A stretch of DNA of 64,000 nt from Chitinophaga pinensis (lineage in GTDB: Bacteria > Bacteroidota > Bacteroidia > Chitinophagales > CAIOSU01), in the NCBI GenBank assembly GCA_945901065.1, contig CAMDKI010000006.1:88876-152875 (forward strand). Direction: 5' to 3'. The notes beneath the pieces were generated by a model. The model was not told the origin of the DNA. It saw only the letters and a list, made by a program, of their open reading frames with translations, and ran no database searches. Positions 46,669 to 56,979 of this stretch are shown here, piece by piece (position 1 is the first letter of the stretch; every line of letters starts with the position of its first letter). The position numbers and the translations under genes are program-made.

Positions 46669-47337
46669 TTATACCAACTTGTTTTCTATAGCCAGCTTTA
46701 TCAAACCCACTATAGTTTTCACCTGCGTTTTCTGGATGATATGCTTCCGGTGCGTTTCTACGGTTCGAGGGCTGATGTACAGTTTCTGAGAAATTTCGGC
46801 AGTTGATAATTCTTCGCAAATCAATTGCAATATTTCTAGTTCGCGTGGGGTTAGGTCTTTTACGCGGTCGTTTTCTTGCTTAGGCGGCTTGTTACTATCT
46901 TTTATATTTTCAAGTATAATGTTCATTACTTCGTTGCTATAATACGTGCCATCGTCGGCCAATCGATTGATAGCAGTAATGAGCTCTTGCTTACCAGTAT
47001 TTTTAAGAATATACCCTTCGGCTTCAGCAAGTAGTATTTCATTTATTATCTCACGGTCGTTGTACATGGTAAGAACCAGCACCTTCACCTCCGGAAAATC
47101 GCGCTTCACAATTCTAGTAAGTTCAGTGCCGCTAATACCTGGCATATTAATATCGGTAATGAGCAAATCAATACCTCCTTCCTTCAGTATTGCGAGGGCT
47201 TCTTGTCCATCGTGCGCTTCTGCCACAATTTCTGCCTTGTCAAATTTACGCAACAATGATTTAATGCCGTCAATAAACATGGCGTGGTCATCGGCAATCA
47301 GTATTTTGGTAATATTAGGTGCTACAAACTCTTCCAT
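46669..47337 (-). CDS. Response regulator, NarL/FixJ family (REC plus LuxR-type HTH)
   Basis: REC motifs ILIADDH and DLLITDINMPG. C-terminal HTH motif LTPRELEILQLICEELSTAEISQKLYISPRTVETHR. No histidine kinase is adjacent. Confidence 0.9.
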   Translation of the reverse strand: MEEFVAPNITKILIADDHAMFIDGIKSLLRKFDKAEIVAEAHDGQEALAILKEGGIDLLITDINMPGISGTELTRIVKRDFPEVKVLVLTMYNDREIINEILLAEAEGYILKNTGKQELITAINRLADDGTYYSNEVMNIILENIKDSNKPPKQENDRVKDLTPRELEILQLICEELSTAEISQKLYISPRTVETHRKHIIQKTQVKTIVGLIKLAIENKLV

Positions 47338-47433
47338 CTTATCCCAATTTCGAAACCTTTTCGGTTGTAAAGGTAGCTACTTTTAGCATAGATAGTGTTT
47401 AATTTCTAAGTGATTGGTAGTTAGCCTAAAAGA

Positions 47434-48033
47434 CTACTTAGCATGCCTATTTTGCAGCACTTTTACCACATCGGTAATGCCATAGCCTCGGTGCGAAAGT
47501 AATATCATATAGTGAAACATAAGGTCGGCAGCCTCATTAAGAAACAACTGGTCATTATCGCTCTTAGCTTCAATTACCAACTCCACTGCCTCTTCGCCTA
47601 CCTTCTGGGCAATCTTATTGGTGCCTTTAGCAAACAGACTGGCTGTGTACGAACTTTCAGGTGCTGCATTTTTTCTTCCTTCAATTAATTGCTGCAGAAA
47701 CTCCAGAAAATGCACGCTATCAGTATTTTTTTCAAAAAAGCAGGTATCGGAGCCTGTATGGCAGATTGGACCCTTGGGCTTGGCCTTCACCAGCAACGTG
47801 TCAGAGTCGCAATCTAAGGTTAACGATTCTACTACCAAAAAATTTCCAGATGTTTCGCCCTTGGTCCATTGCCGCTCTTTAGTCCGGCTATAAAAAGTAA
47901 CCAAACCACTTTCAACAGTAGTATTGTATGCCTCTTGGTCCATAAAGCCTAGCATCAGCACTTTAGCTGTTTCGGCATCCTGAACAATGGCTGGCAATAA
48001 ACCACCGCCTTTATCAAAGTCTGGTTGGCTCAT
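47434..48033 (-). CDS. hisIE: Bifunctional phosphoribosyl-AMP cyclohydrolase / phosphoribosyl-ATP pyrophosphatase
   Basis: HisI motif ([16 protein letters not shown]...DCD.D) plus the HisE C-terminal half; overlaps hisF by 4 nt. Confidence 0.9.
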   Translation of the reverse strand: MSQPDFDKGGGLLPAIVQDAETAKVLMLGFMDQEAYNTTVESGLVTFYSRTKERQWTKGETSGNFLVVESLTLDCDSDTLLVKAKPKGPICHTGSDTCFFEKNTDSVHFLEFLQQLIEGRKNAAPESSYTASLFAKGTNKIAQKVGEEAVELVIEAKSDNDQLFLNEAADLMFHYMILLSHRGYGITDVVKVLQNRHAK

Positions 48034-48782
48034 CTTATCGGTATGTTTTGTTGCTTTAAATAAGATTTTAACTCTGGTATACTTACTTGGCCAAAATGGA
48101 ATATGCTGGCTGCTAGTGCTGCATCGGCACGTCCGTTTTTAAACACATCTTCAAAATGTTTGGCCGAGCCAGCACCACCAGAGGCAATAATAGGTATGTT
48201 TACCACGTCGCTAATGTAGGCAGTGGCAGCTACTGCAAAACCATGCTTGGTGCCATCATGGTCCATGCTAGTAAATAAAATTTCGCCAGCACCCAAGTCT
48301 TCAACTTGCCGCGCCCAATCAAACAAATCGATATTGGTAGGCAACCGCCCACCGTTAAGGTGCACTATCCAGCGTCCGTCAATCACTTTGGCATCAATAG
48401 CAACAACAATGCACTGGCTGCCAAAAGCCTTTGCTAGCTCAGTAATCAGTTCGGGCCTGCGCACCGCTGCCGAATTGATGCTAATTTTATCGGCACCTGC
48501 ATAAAGCATCTTATTTACATCGTCAATAGTGCGTATGCCACCACCAACCGTAAAAGGTATATTCACTTGCCTAGCAACTTCTTCAACCAAACCAACCATG
48601 GTTTTGCGTCGGTCGCTAGTAGCAGTTATATCCAAAAACACAAGCTCATCGGCACCTTGGGCAGCATACAGGGCTGCCTGCTCCACAGGGTTGCCGGCAT
48701 CTTGCAGGTCCACGAAGTTCACGCCCTTTACAGTGCGGCCATCCTTTACGTCAAGGCATGGTATAATACGTTTGGTAAGCAT
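48030..48782 (-). CDS. hisF: Imidazole glycerol phosphate synthase cyclase subunit
   Basis: Starts [20 protein letters not shown], the canonical HisF N-terminus, and gives 250 aa. The ORF-track extension to 48905 is not HisF-like. Confidence 0.93.
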   Translation of the reverse strand: MLTKRIIPCLDVKDGRTVKGVNFVDLQDAGNPVEQAALYAAQGADELVFLDITATSDRRKTMVGLVEEVARQVNIPFTVGGGIRTIDDVNKMLYAGADKISINSAAVRRPELITELAKAFGSQCIVVAIDAKVIDGRWIVHLNGGRLPTNIDLFDWARQVEDLGAGEILFTSMDHDGTKHGFAVAATAYISDVVNIPIIASGGAGSAKHFEDVFKNGRADAALAASIFHFGQVSIPELKSYLKQQNIPIR

Positions 48783-49030
48783 TGAGGCGGTAAAAGTACA
48801 GGGCATTGGTGTTATGTCATAACGATTGTAGGGATTTATTTGTTTTAAAGTTAGTTGCAGCCACTGCAACCCTTTGCAAAACACGATGTAGACATTTAAC
48901 AGCACCTACCTAACAAAATAGGAAGCTAAAATGTGCTGGTACCCTAATTGTCCACTTTGCTTAGTCAACATCTAAAATTAATTGTTACCTTTTTACAACT
49001 TACCGCAAATTGTAGCGTTCTTTGTGTCAT

Positions 49031-49744
49031 ATGCGTTGTTACCTGCTAATTATGCTGCTCAGTTTGGTTGGTTTTGCGGCCTCGGCACAAACCCCACAAG
49101 CAGTGCTTATCTCGGGCCGAATTTTGGACGTTGGCGATAGCATGGGTTTACCTTATGTAAACATGTGGGGAAAACAAAGCAAAATAGGTGGCACTAGCAA
49201 CGTGGATGGTAGTTTTGCTATTTATGTATTGCCTGGCGACACGATGCGCATTACCTCTATTGGGTTTGTAACAAAGGACTGGAAAGTGCCTTTGGATATT
49301 GCCTTAAACCCCAAGATTACTTTGGTAATGTACCGTGAGGTGTACGATATTGATGAGGTAACCATTATGCCCCGAGATATTCGCAACGATATTATGAACG
49401 TGCCCCCCCCAGGCGGGCCACCTGTAAGTCCCCATTTTCCGCACACGCCTAGGTTCGGGGTTAGTCCGGGTGGTGGCATTACCTTTGGTTTTGATAGCAA
49501 AGCTAAGCACATGCGCGAGCAACAAGAGCATATTGCCCAATGGGACTATGAAGAAGCCATGCGCGAATACATCGCTTTTAGGTACAACCCTACATTCATC
49601 CAACAATTTGTACCCCTGCCCGATGAGCAGATGGAAAGTTTTATGCATTTCTGCAATCTGCCAGCCGATTTTATAGTATCGAGCAATGATTACGATTTGG
49701 CAAAGGCCATTAAAGACTGCTATGGTGCTTTCGTGAGCAAGTGA
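49031..49744 (+). CDS. Secreted CarboxypepD_reg-like domain protein
   Basis: It has a signal peptide followed by ISGRILDVGDSMGLPYVNMWGKQSKIGGTSNVDGSFAI. Confidence 0.65.
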   Translation: MRCYLLIMLLSLVGFAASAQTPQAVLISGRILDVGDSMGLPYVNMWGKQSKIGGTSNVDGSFAIYVLPGDTMRITSIGFVTKDWKVPLDIALNPKITLVMYREVYDIDEVTIMPRDIRNDIMNVPPPGGPPVSPHFPHTPRFGVSPGGGITFGFDSKAKHMREQQEHIAQWDYEEAMREYIAFRYNPTFIQQFVPLPDEQMESFMHFCNLPADFIVSSNDYDLAKAIKDCYGAFVSK

Positions 49745-49835
49745 TACGCCTTTCTACTTAAATTTTTCCCAACTAATCTTATCAGCCCGTAACTATTGTT
49801 TGGCTATTTCGTAATAGTGGTTAAAATATTGCGGA

Positions 49836-50705
49836 ATGAGACAACTAAAAATCACCAATCAGATTACACAGCGCGATAGCCAAGCTTTGGAGAAATATCT
49901 GCAAGAGATAGCCAAAGTAAAACTATTGACTGTGGAACAGGAGGTGCAGCTAGCACAGAGGATTAAGGAGGGAGACAGTGATGCGTTGGAGAGCTTGGTA
50001 AAAGCAAACCTTAGGTTTGTTGTATCGGTAGCAAAGCAGTATCAGAACCAAGGTTTACCACTTAGCGATTTAGTAAATGAAGGCAATTTAGGCCTTATAA
50101 AAGCTGCTCAAAAATTTGACGAAACCCGAGGCTTTAAGTTCATTTCTTATGCCGTGTGGTGGATTAGACAAAGTATATTGCAAGGGTTGGTTGAGCAATC
50201 TAGAATTGTGCGTATGCCCATGAACAAAGTAGGCTCGTACAATAAGATAACTCAAGCCATGAGCATTTTTGAACAGGAGTTTCAGCGCGAACCAACTCAC
50301 GAGGAGCTAGAAGACTTGCTTGAGATAAGCAGCAAAGAAATTGAAGAATTGATAAAAGGCGCTAGCCACCACATAAGCATGGATGCGCCAATGGGCGAAG
50401 AAGGCGATAGTGGAAGCCTATACGATGTGCTGGTTGATGACGATGCCAGCGACACCGAGCGAAAAATGATGAAAGAATCATTGAAAAAGGAGATAAACAA
50501 AGTACTAGCAATGCTACCAGCGCGAGATGCTGACATTGTATGCTACTATTATGGTCTAAAAGGCGAGGGTTATATGACCTTGGAAGAAATCGGTAATATT
50601 TTTGACCTAACCCGCGAACGGGTGCGCCAGATCAAAGAGCGGGCTTTGCGCCGATTGCGCAAAACCACCAATTCGCGCTCATTGAAACATTACTTAGGCC
50701 ATTAA
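49836..50705 (+). CDS. rpoD: Primary RNA polymerase sigma factor (Bacteroidota-type short RpoD/SigA)
   Basis: Region 2 (LRFVVSVAKQYQNQGL...DLVNEGNLGLIKAAQKFD...FISYAVWWIRQ) and region 4.2 (TLEEIGNIFDLTRERVRQIKERAL); 289 aa. Confidence 0.93.
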   Translation: MRQLKITNQITQRDSQALEKYLQEIAKVKLLTVEQEVQLAQRIKEGDSDALESLVKANLRFVVSVAKQYQNQGLPLSDLVNEGNLGLIKAAQKFDETRGFKFISYAVWWIRQSILQGLVEQSRIVRMPMNKVGSYNKITQAMSIFEQEFQREPTHEELEDLLEISSKEIEELIKGASHHISMDAPMGEEGDSGSLYDVLVDDDASDTERKMMKESLKKEINKVLAMLPARDADIVCYYYGLKGEGYMTLEEIGNIFDLTRERVRQIKERALRRLRKTTNSRSLKHYLGH

Positions 50706-50740
50706 TCAACATTGAGGTTTTTTGGGATTGTCAATAACGG

Positions 50741-50778
50741 CACAGCCGAACGGGGGTTCGGCTGTGTCATTTTTATTT
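50741..50778 (+). terminator. Rho-independent terminator of rpoD
   Basis: An 11-bp stem, cacagccgaac (50741-50751) with gttcggctgtg (50756-50766), followed by tcatttttattt. Confidence 0.85.
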
Positions 50779-50861
50779 ATGTCTGAATCAGAATTTAGAG
50801 AATTCTAACATTATAGAATTGAGTTTAAAGGTAAGGGCAATCTCTTAAAATCAGGATACTA

Positions 50862-52847
50862 TCAATTTGCCTTCACCAACTTCTGTATGTGCCTCGCGCC
50901 ATCTTGCTCAATTTGTACCATGTACATGCCTTCAGGCCAAGCAGCAGTTGAAATACGTTGGTTACTCTCAGTAGTTTCAAACTGATAAACAACCTGACCA
51001 ACCATATTAAACACCGTAATACCCACCGGAGCAGAACCTTGATTGCTTAACTCAATAGTTACTTCGCTTTGAGTTGGGTTAGGGTACAATTTAAATGCAG
51101 CCAAACCTTTAACATCGTTTGTTGAATTTATCAGGCTATCAACGCCCCACGCATAGTCAATGGTTATGGTATCAACAGTTATGGACGCATAATACACCGA
51201 TTGTGAGGTGGTACTATCATAATACCATGAATCAGTAAACTGCGACTGAGAAATTAACGATTCGAAATTATTAAAGCTTCCGTACATCGAAGAGTCGCCC
51301 ACTACAATTACCCAAGTTTGACCACGTTCAATATTACAAGCCCTAACATTATTCACCTCACCTATGCAATAGCGGCGCACTGCTACATAGCTGTTTTCTT
51401 GGCGACCAAGCAACCATAAGCTGTCGTTCCTAACTTCATCATACTCGCTATCTTCAAAAAACACTGCAACGTCTTTACTCTTCAGTAATATGTTGTTTGC
51501 TTCGGCTCTGTACATAATAAGTGCCACATTGCTTTTTTGAGCTACAAAAGGCAAATGATCGTTTTGATTGTTTGGCGATCTATCATCCCAATTTTGTTTT
51601 ACTCTTCCCGAACCAGTAAACACTGCTGTAGTGCCAACATTTGCCATAATCGGGTATTGCTGGAAACCCACTTTACCTTTCCAAAAATCGTATAAAGAAG
51701 TAAGTGTTACTGCATTTCGTTTAAACACCGATACTTGCTGCCCACAAATTACCGAACTCATAGAAATGGCTGGCAAAGACTCTGCAATTAATTGAATATC
51801 GGTAGGACCGAAAGTGCGAAAATCTCTAAACTCAGCAAAATCAACATGCCCCCACAAAGCAGAGTCAATGATTAAACTACCCGTTTCGTAGGCCACTTTT
51901 GGGTGGAAATACAAGCCTGAGCTCCACTGGCTTATAACTTTATCTAATGGCCTAAGTACGCTATTAATAGCCAAGCTACTGTCTATAGAATGTCCAATGT
52001 AAAAAGTTGTATCCACCGAAAAGTTAAGCGTAGAAACTATACTATCCACTTCTAGCGAAGATGTGCTTAGAAACGATCCTGAATGCGACGGGGAACCGGG
52101 TCTTTCGCCCAAACCAGTTAGCAGATAAATAAGATTGGTGTGGTTTTGATAGGGGCTTTTGTATTTGGCAGGATATGCCCTGCCTGCCACTGCAAACATT
52201 ACGCCCTTATTATTGGTCATGAGCAACAAATCTCTTAGCAACCGCACCGATGCTTTGGTAGCCAAATCCTTTATTTGAGGGTCTTGGGCAAAATCTGATA
52301 GGTTTATTAACCCACTAAGGCAATATGGCGCATAGGTAGGAGAATAAAACTCGTAGAACCCATATTTTACTTTAAGGTCTAGATAATGCACCAAACGGGT
52401 ACGAAGGGCGGTGTCAATGGCGCGTCCATATTTCTCATGTAGCAACCAATCGCTAGACATCCACATGATAGTGTGGTTCTCCGACCAGTAACCCCGAATC
52501 GTGTCAGCTTTAGTTAGCCAAAACGGAACCGTATCAATAGCAGGAAGAATGATGTTATCGTAATCGCCATTAGTCAAATACAATACTCTAATAAGTTTCA
52601 CCAACTGAAAATCGAAAGTTGAGCCGCCCTCAATCCTACTCAGAATGTCCCTCAACAAAACAGTATCCACAATGCCATTCTTGTATGCTTGAATTGCCAC
52701 CAAATCAATACTATTGGTATACTGCAGCGCCGTATCAATATAAGCCTGTCGACGGTTTTCGTAAATGCTGTCGTTGGCAAACAAAGATTGAGAGAATAAC
52801 AATACAATTAACAGGCAAAAGCCTCTAAGCGAGTAAGCAAACGGCAT
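50862..52847 (-). CDS. Secreted hypothetical protein with a T9SS type A C-terminal sorting domain
   Basis: It has a signal peptide. The C-terminus is FKLYPNPTQSEVTIEL...MYMVQIEQDGARHIQKLVKAN. The catalytic region is not recognised. Confidence 0.8.
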   Translation of the reverse strand: MPFAYSLRGFCLLIVLLFSQSLFANDSIYENRRQAYIDTALQYTNSIDLVAIQAYKNGIVDTVLLRDILSRIEGGSTFDFQLVKLIRVLYLTNGDYDNIILPAIDTVPFWLTKADTIRGYWSENHTIMWMSSDWLLHEKYGRAIDTALRTRLVHYLDLKVKYGFYEFYSPTYAPYCLSGLINLSDFAQDPQIKDLATKASVRLLRDLLLMTNNKGVMFAVAGRAYPAKYKSPYQNHTNLIYLLTGLGERPGSPSHSGSFLSTSSLEVDSIVSTLNFSVDTTFYIGHSIDSSLAINSVLRPLDKVISQWSSGLYFHPKVAYETGSLIIDSALWGHVDFAEFRDFRTFGPTDIQLIAESLPAISMSSVICGQQVSVFKRNAVTLTSLYDFWKGKVGFQQYPIMANVGTTAVFTGSGRVKQNWDDRSPNNQNDHLPFVAQKSNVALIMYRAEANNILLKSKDVAVFFEDSEYDEVRNDSLWLLGRQENSYVAVRRYCIGEVNNVRACNIERGQTWVIVVGDSSMYGSFNNFESLISQSQFTDSWYYDSTTSQSVYYASITVDTITIDYAWGVDSLINSTNDVKGLAAFKLYPNPTQSEVTIELSNQGSAPVGITVFNMVGQVVYQFETTESNQRISTAAWPEGMYMVQIEQDGARHIQKLVKAN

Positions 52848-53086
52848 AAATAGAAAACTTAGATGAGGAGTAAATATTTTTCAGTGACAATTTAGCAACT
52901 TTAAACTAGAGCTTGTATTTTTTTTTCAAAAAAATTAAAATCGCATAACAACAAATAGTATGTAAACAATGGCGTTTGATACACTATCGACCCCTAGAAG
53001 TACAACCCAAAAACAGGATAACGTCAAACAAGCGGCGCAACGAGCACTAAGCTTATTCTACTTTTTCTTTTGCAATTCGTACCTTT

Positions 53087-53656
53087 ATGGCACAAATGTC
53101 TTGGTATAACACATTTAAAGAGTACTTTTTCCGGCGGAGTCTAAGTCGCGAAACTGCCCAACAAGAACGTTTGGGCGAAATAAGAAATTATACAAACTCA
53201 AGGTATATTGGCATTTGGTTTGACGGCAGCAACCGCGAAAATTTTACGGTCATTGATGCTTTAGCCCGCAAACTGGCCAGTAAAGGCAAAAAAGTTGAAA
53301 TATTGGGTTATGTTGGCAAAGTAAAAAAAGAAGAGAAAATTAAGTTTGATTATATAGAGCCACATAGAATTAGCTGGGCTGGTGTACCCGATGCCAATAC
53401 GCAAGAAATATGGGCCAAAATACCTTACGATTTATTACTTTGCCTGCATAGCAAGCCATGCAAACCGCTGGAGTACTTGGCAAGCCTGAGTGGTGCAAAA
53501 TGCAGGGTGGGAAGATATGCAAGCGATACAATTGACTGTTATGATCTGATGGTATCTTTGCAGCCCGAAAATGACTTGCCACAAATGATAAAACAAGTAG
53601 ACCAATTGCTTACCGAAATAAACAAAAACCAACAACAAAATGTCGCAGCAATTTAG
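53087..53656 (+). CDS. Hypothetical protein, overlapping the dapA start by 17 nt
   Basis: A 189-aa ORF that is plausibly coding. I recall a conserved family upstream of dapA in Bacteroidota but cannot name it with certainty. Confidence 0.6.
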   Translation: MAQMSWYNTFKEYFFRRSLSRETAQQERLGEIRNYTNSRYIGIWFDGSNRENFTVIDALARKLASKGKKVEILGYVGKVKKEEKIKFDYIEPHRISWAGVPDANTQEIWAKIPYDLLLCLHSKPCKPLEYLASLSGAKCRVGRYASDTIDCYDLMVSLQPENDLPQMIKQVDQLLTEINKNQQQNVAAI

Positions 53657-54530
53657 AGGCACCGGAATAGCGCTGGTAACGCCTTTCAACGAGGATGGAA
53701 GCATTGATTTTGATGGACTTAGGAAAGTAATTGAGCACGACATAAAGGGAGGTGTAGAGTATTTAGTTTCGTTGGGCACTACCGGCGAGACTGCAACCTT
53801 AAATAAAGACGAAAAATTACAAGTACTGCGCTTTACCGCCGAAGTGGTAAACAAACGCGTGCCATTGGTAGCAGGTTTCGGTGGCAATGACACCCGCGAA
53901 TTGGTAGAGGCAATTAAAGGATTTGATTTTGTTGGCTACGACGCCCTTCTCTCGGCTAGCCCATATTACAATAAGCCAACGCAAGAGGGTATTTACCAAC
54001 ATTACAAAGCAGTGGCTGAAGCATCGCCAGTGCCAGTAATTTTGTATAACGTACCTGGCCGAACTTCCTCTAACGTAACTGCTGAAACAACGCTGCGCTT
54101 AGGTCGCGATTTTAAAAACATTATTGCTGTAAAAGAAGCATCGGGCAACTTTGACCAAGTAATGCAGATTATCAAAAATAAACCCGATGGCTTTTTAGTA
54201 ATTAGCGGAGATGACCTAATTACGCTGCCATTAATAGCCTGTGGTGCAGATGGAGTTATTTCGGTAGTAGGCAACGCTATGCCAGCCTACTTTTCGGAAA
54301 TGGTGCGACTGGCGTTAAAGGGTGACTTTATAGCTGCACGCAAACTTCATTATAAACTAACCGATCTAACCAATTTATTGTTTGTTGAAGGAAATCCGGG
54401 TGGCGTAAAAACAGTGCTGCAACTTAAAGGAATATGCACCAACCAAGTAAGGTTGCCGCTTTGGCGCATAAGTAATGAGCTTATCAAAAAGTTAGAAGCT
54501 GAGCTACATATAATAAATCAAGCACAATAA
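53640..54530 (+). CDS. dapA: 4-hydroxy-tetrahydrodipicolinate synthase
   Basis: Contains GTGIALVTPF, GTTGE and YNVPGRT, plus the catalytic Lys region (IIAVKEASG). Confidence 0.95.
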   Translation: MSQQFRGTGIALVTPFNEDGSIDFDGLRKVIEHDIKGGVEYLVSLGTTGETATLNKDEKLQVLRFTAEVVNKRVPLVAGFGGNDTRELVEAIKGFDFVGYDALLSASPYYNKPTQEGIYQHYKAVAEASPVPVILYNVPGRTSSNVTAETTLRLGRDFKNIIAVKEASGNFDQVMQIIKNKPDGFLVISGDDLITLPLIACGADGVISVVGNAMPAYFSEMVRLALKGDFIAARKLHYKLTDLTNLLFVEGNPGGVKTVLQLKGICTNQVRLPLWRISNELIKKLEAELHIINQAQ

Positions 54531-54601
54531 CCGTTAGGTTGCAACCCAAGAGCCCAAATCTCTTTTTACGCTCTGAAGAAAATACGCTAATTTTGCAAAC
54601 T

Positions 54602-55432
54602 GTGGTGAACAAAAGTATATACGCCTTATTGCTTTCAGTATTTATACTGCTTGGCTCGTCGTGTGCCGATAGCTACCAAAAGGTAGTAAAAAGTACCGAT
54701 TTCAATTACAAGCTTAGCAAAGCAAACGAGTACTACGAGAAGGGAGCATACTCCAAAGCCATCCCTATTTACGAGGAGTTGATCCCGGTATTTAAAGGCA
54801 CCAAAAATATTGATGAGTTGTACTTTAAGTACGCCATGAGTCATTATAACGAGGCCAATTTCTTGATTGCTGGCTTCCATTTCAAAAACATCAGCGATAA
54901 TTACGGTCTTAGCCCTTTTGCCGAAGAATGCTTGTATATGACCGCACAGTGTGATTATCAAATGTCGGCCGAAGTACCTTTAGACCAAACTTATACTGAC
55001 AAGGCAATACAATCATTTCAATTGTATATCAATAGCTACCCAAATACCACAAGGCTTGACGATTGTAACCTGAAGATTGGGCAAATGAGGCGCAAACTAG
55101 AGCTCAAAGCACTTAGTGCTGCTGAACTTTATTTACGAACCAGACATTACAAAGCAGCAGCAGTTTCGTTTTCAAACATTCTAGTTGATTTTCCGGACAC
55201 AAAAGATGCTGAAAAGATTTCATACAGTATCGTTAAAAGTTACTTTCTGTATGCCGAAAACAGTATCAACGAAAAACAAAAGGAGCGCTACGAAGCAGTT
55301 TTAGAGAGCTATAACAATTTGGCGCGCCGATACGCAAATAGTGTGTACCTTAACGATGCAAAAAAATATTACGACCAAGCAACCATTAAACTAGAAGAAA
55401 TTAGAAAGGCGCTTGAGTCGGCTAAATCCTGA
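54602..55432 (+). CDS. bamD: Outer membrane protein assembly factor BamD (TPR lipoprotein)
   Basis: Lipobox LLGSSC and TPR-like repeats; position upstream of rpoZ-coaBC. The start is uncertain: I chose the GTG at 54602, whereas the ORF track starts at 54539. Confidence 0.8.
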   Translation: MVNKSIYALLLSVFILLGSSCADSYQKVVKSTDFNYKLSKANEYYEKGAYSKAIPIYEELIPVFKGTKNIDELYFKYAMSHYNEANFLIAGFHFKNISDNYGLSPFAEECLYMTAQCDYQMSAEVPLDQTYTDKAIQSFQLYINSYPNTTRLDDCNLKIGQMRRKLELKALSAAELYLRTRHYKAAAVSFSNILVDFPDTKDAEKISYSIVKSYFLYAENSINEKQKERYEAVLESYNNLARRYANSVYLNDAKKYYDQATIKLEEIRKALESAKS

Positions 55433-55435
55433 GTT

Positions 55436-55765
55436 ATGAAGAAGAACCAATTGATGGGCATACAGCCTAACGTAGAAACCCGCGACCTAAACCAAATTGC
55501 CGCTCAAAGCGGAGGCAATCTTTTTGAGTCGCTGGTAATTATTGCAAAACGCTCTAACCAGATCAATGCCAAGTTGAAAGAAGAGTTGCACGCAAAGCTT
55601 AATGAATTTGCGAGCAGCAACGATAACTTGGAAGAGGTGTTTGAAAACCGCGAGCAAATTGAAATAAGCAAATACTACGAGAAGTTGCCTAACCCGGTTA
55701 TTATTGCTTTGGACGAATTTAAGAACGACGAGATTTACTACCGTCGTGCTGACGAACAAGCCTAA
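55436..55765 (+). CDS. rpoZ: DNA-directed RNA polymerase subunit omega (Bacteroidota type)
   Basis: Contains NLFESLVIIAKRSNQI; 109 aa; conserved bamD-rpoZ-coaBC gene order. Confidence 0.75.
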   Translation: MKKNQLMGIQPNVETRDLNQIAAQSGGNLFESLVIIAKRSNQINAKLKEELHAKLNEFASSNDNLEEVFENREQIEISKYYEKLPNPVIIALDEFKNDEIYYRRADEQA

Positions 55766-55774
55766 TAGTACCCT

Positions 55775-56977
55775 ATGCTGGCGGGAAAAAACATATTGCT
55801 GTGCGTAACTGGCAGCATTGCCGCCTACAAATCGGCCATATTGGTGCGTTTGTTGGTTAAGCAAGGGGCTAATGTTAAGGTTATAATGACCCAAGCAGCA
55901 CAGCAATTTATTTCCCCGTTAACACTGTCCACGCTAAGCAAAAACCCAGTGCTTACCCAATATGCCGACGAAAAAGGCAATTGGAACAGTCACGTAGAAC
56001 TTGGCTTATGGGCCCATGTAATATTGGTAGCCCCTTCCTCAGCCAACACTTTGGCTAAAATGGCCAATGGCATTTGCGACAACTTACTAACAGCCACCTA
56101 CTTATCAGCTCGCTGCCCAGTTGCGGTATCTCCAGCAATGGATTTGGATATGTACCAGCACCCAACTACACTGAACAACCTTGCTAAGCTTCGTAGCTAT
56201 GGCAATTTGGTTGTTCCAGCGAGATTTGGAGAGTTAGCCAGTGGATTGGTAGGCGAAGGCCGTATGGCCGAACCTGAAGAAATCATTGCCTTTTTGGAAG
56301 AAGAAGTTTTCGCTCCTGAACAAGAAACCCTAAAAGGCAAGACCGTATTGATTACCGCTGGTCCAACTATGGAGCCCATTGACCCTGTGCGGTACATAAG
56401 CAACCACTCAACAGGTAAAATGGGATTCGCATTAGCGCAGCAATTTTTGCGCTTCGGGGCCAAAGTTACCCTCATCAAAGGTCCTACAACTGCCCAACCT
56501 ACTTTTAACGGTAACCTAAATGTTATTGAAGTAAGCACGGCATCGGAAATGTTTGATGCAGTTACCCGCGAGTTTGAAGGAAAAGATATTACCGTTATGG
56601 CCGCTGCCGTGGCAGACTATACTCCGGCGGAGGTATCGGGCAAGAAAATTAAAAAAGACGGCCACGTACTTGAGCTTCAACTGGTAAAAACCCGCGATAT
56701 ATTGGCTGAAATTGGCAGAATCAAAAAAACAGGGCAAATACTGGTAGGTTTTGCTCTGGAAACCAATGACGAAGAGAAACACGCGCTGGAAAAACTTAAA
56801 AAGAAAAACCTCGATATCATTGTGCTCAATTCGCTTCGCGATAGCGGTGCGGGATTTGGCCACGATACCAACCAAGTAACTTTGCTGGACAATAAAGGCG
56901 GCAAAAAACAGTTTGAGTTAAAAAATAAAACAGCAGTAGCATTAGATATTGTTAAAGCCATTACTGAGCAACTATAA
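55775..56977 (+). CDS. coaBC: Bifunctional phosphopantothenoylcysteine decarboxylase / phosphopantothenate-cysteine ligase
   Basis: N-terminal flavoprotein domain (ILLCVTGSIAAYK, PAMD..M) and C-terminal ligase domain (ITAGPT.EPIDPVRYISNHSTGKMG). Confidence 0.95.
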   Translation: MLAGKNILLCVTGSIAAYKSAILVRLLVKQGANVKVIMTQAAQQFISPLTLSTLSKNPVLTQYADEKGNWNSHVELGLWAHVILVAPSSANTLAKMANGICDNLLTATYLSARCPVAVSPAMDLDMYQHPTTLNNLAKLRSYGNLVVPARFGELASGLVGEGRMAEPEEIIAFLEEEVFAPEQETLKGKTVLITAGPTMEPIDPVRYISNHSTGKMGFALAQQFLRFGAKVTLIKGPTTAQPTFNGNLNVIEVSTASEMFDAVTREFEGKDITVMAAAVADYTPAEVSGKKIKKDGHVLELQLVKTRDILAEIGRIKKTGQILVGFALETNDEEKHALEKLKKKNLDIIVLNSLRDSGAGFGHDTNQVTLLDNKGGKKQFELKNKTAVALDIVKAITEQL

Positions 56978-56979
56978 CT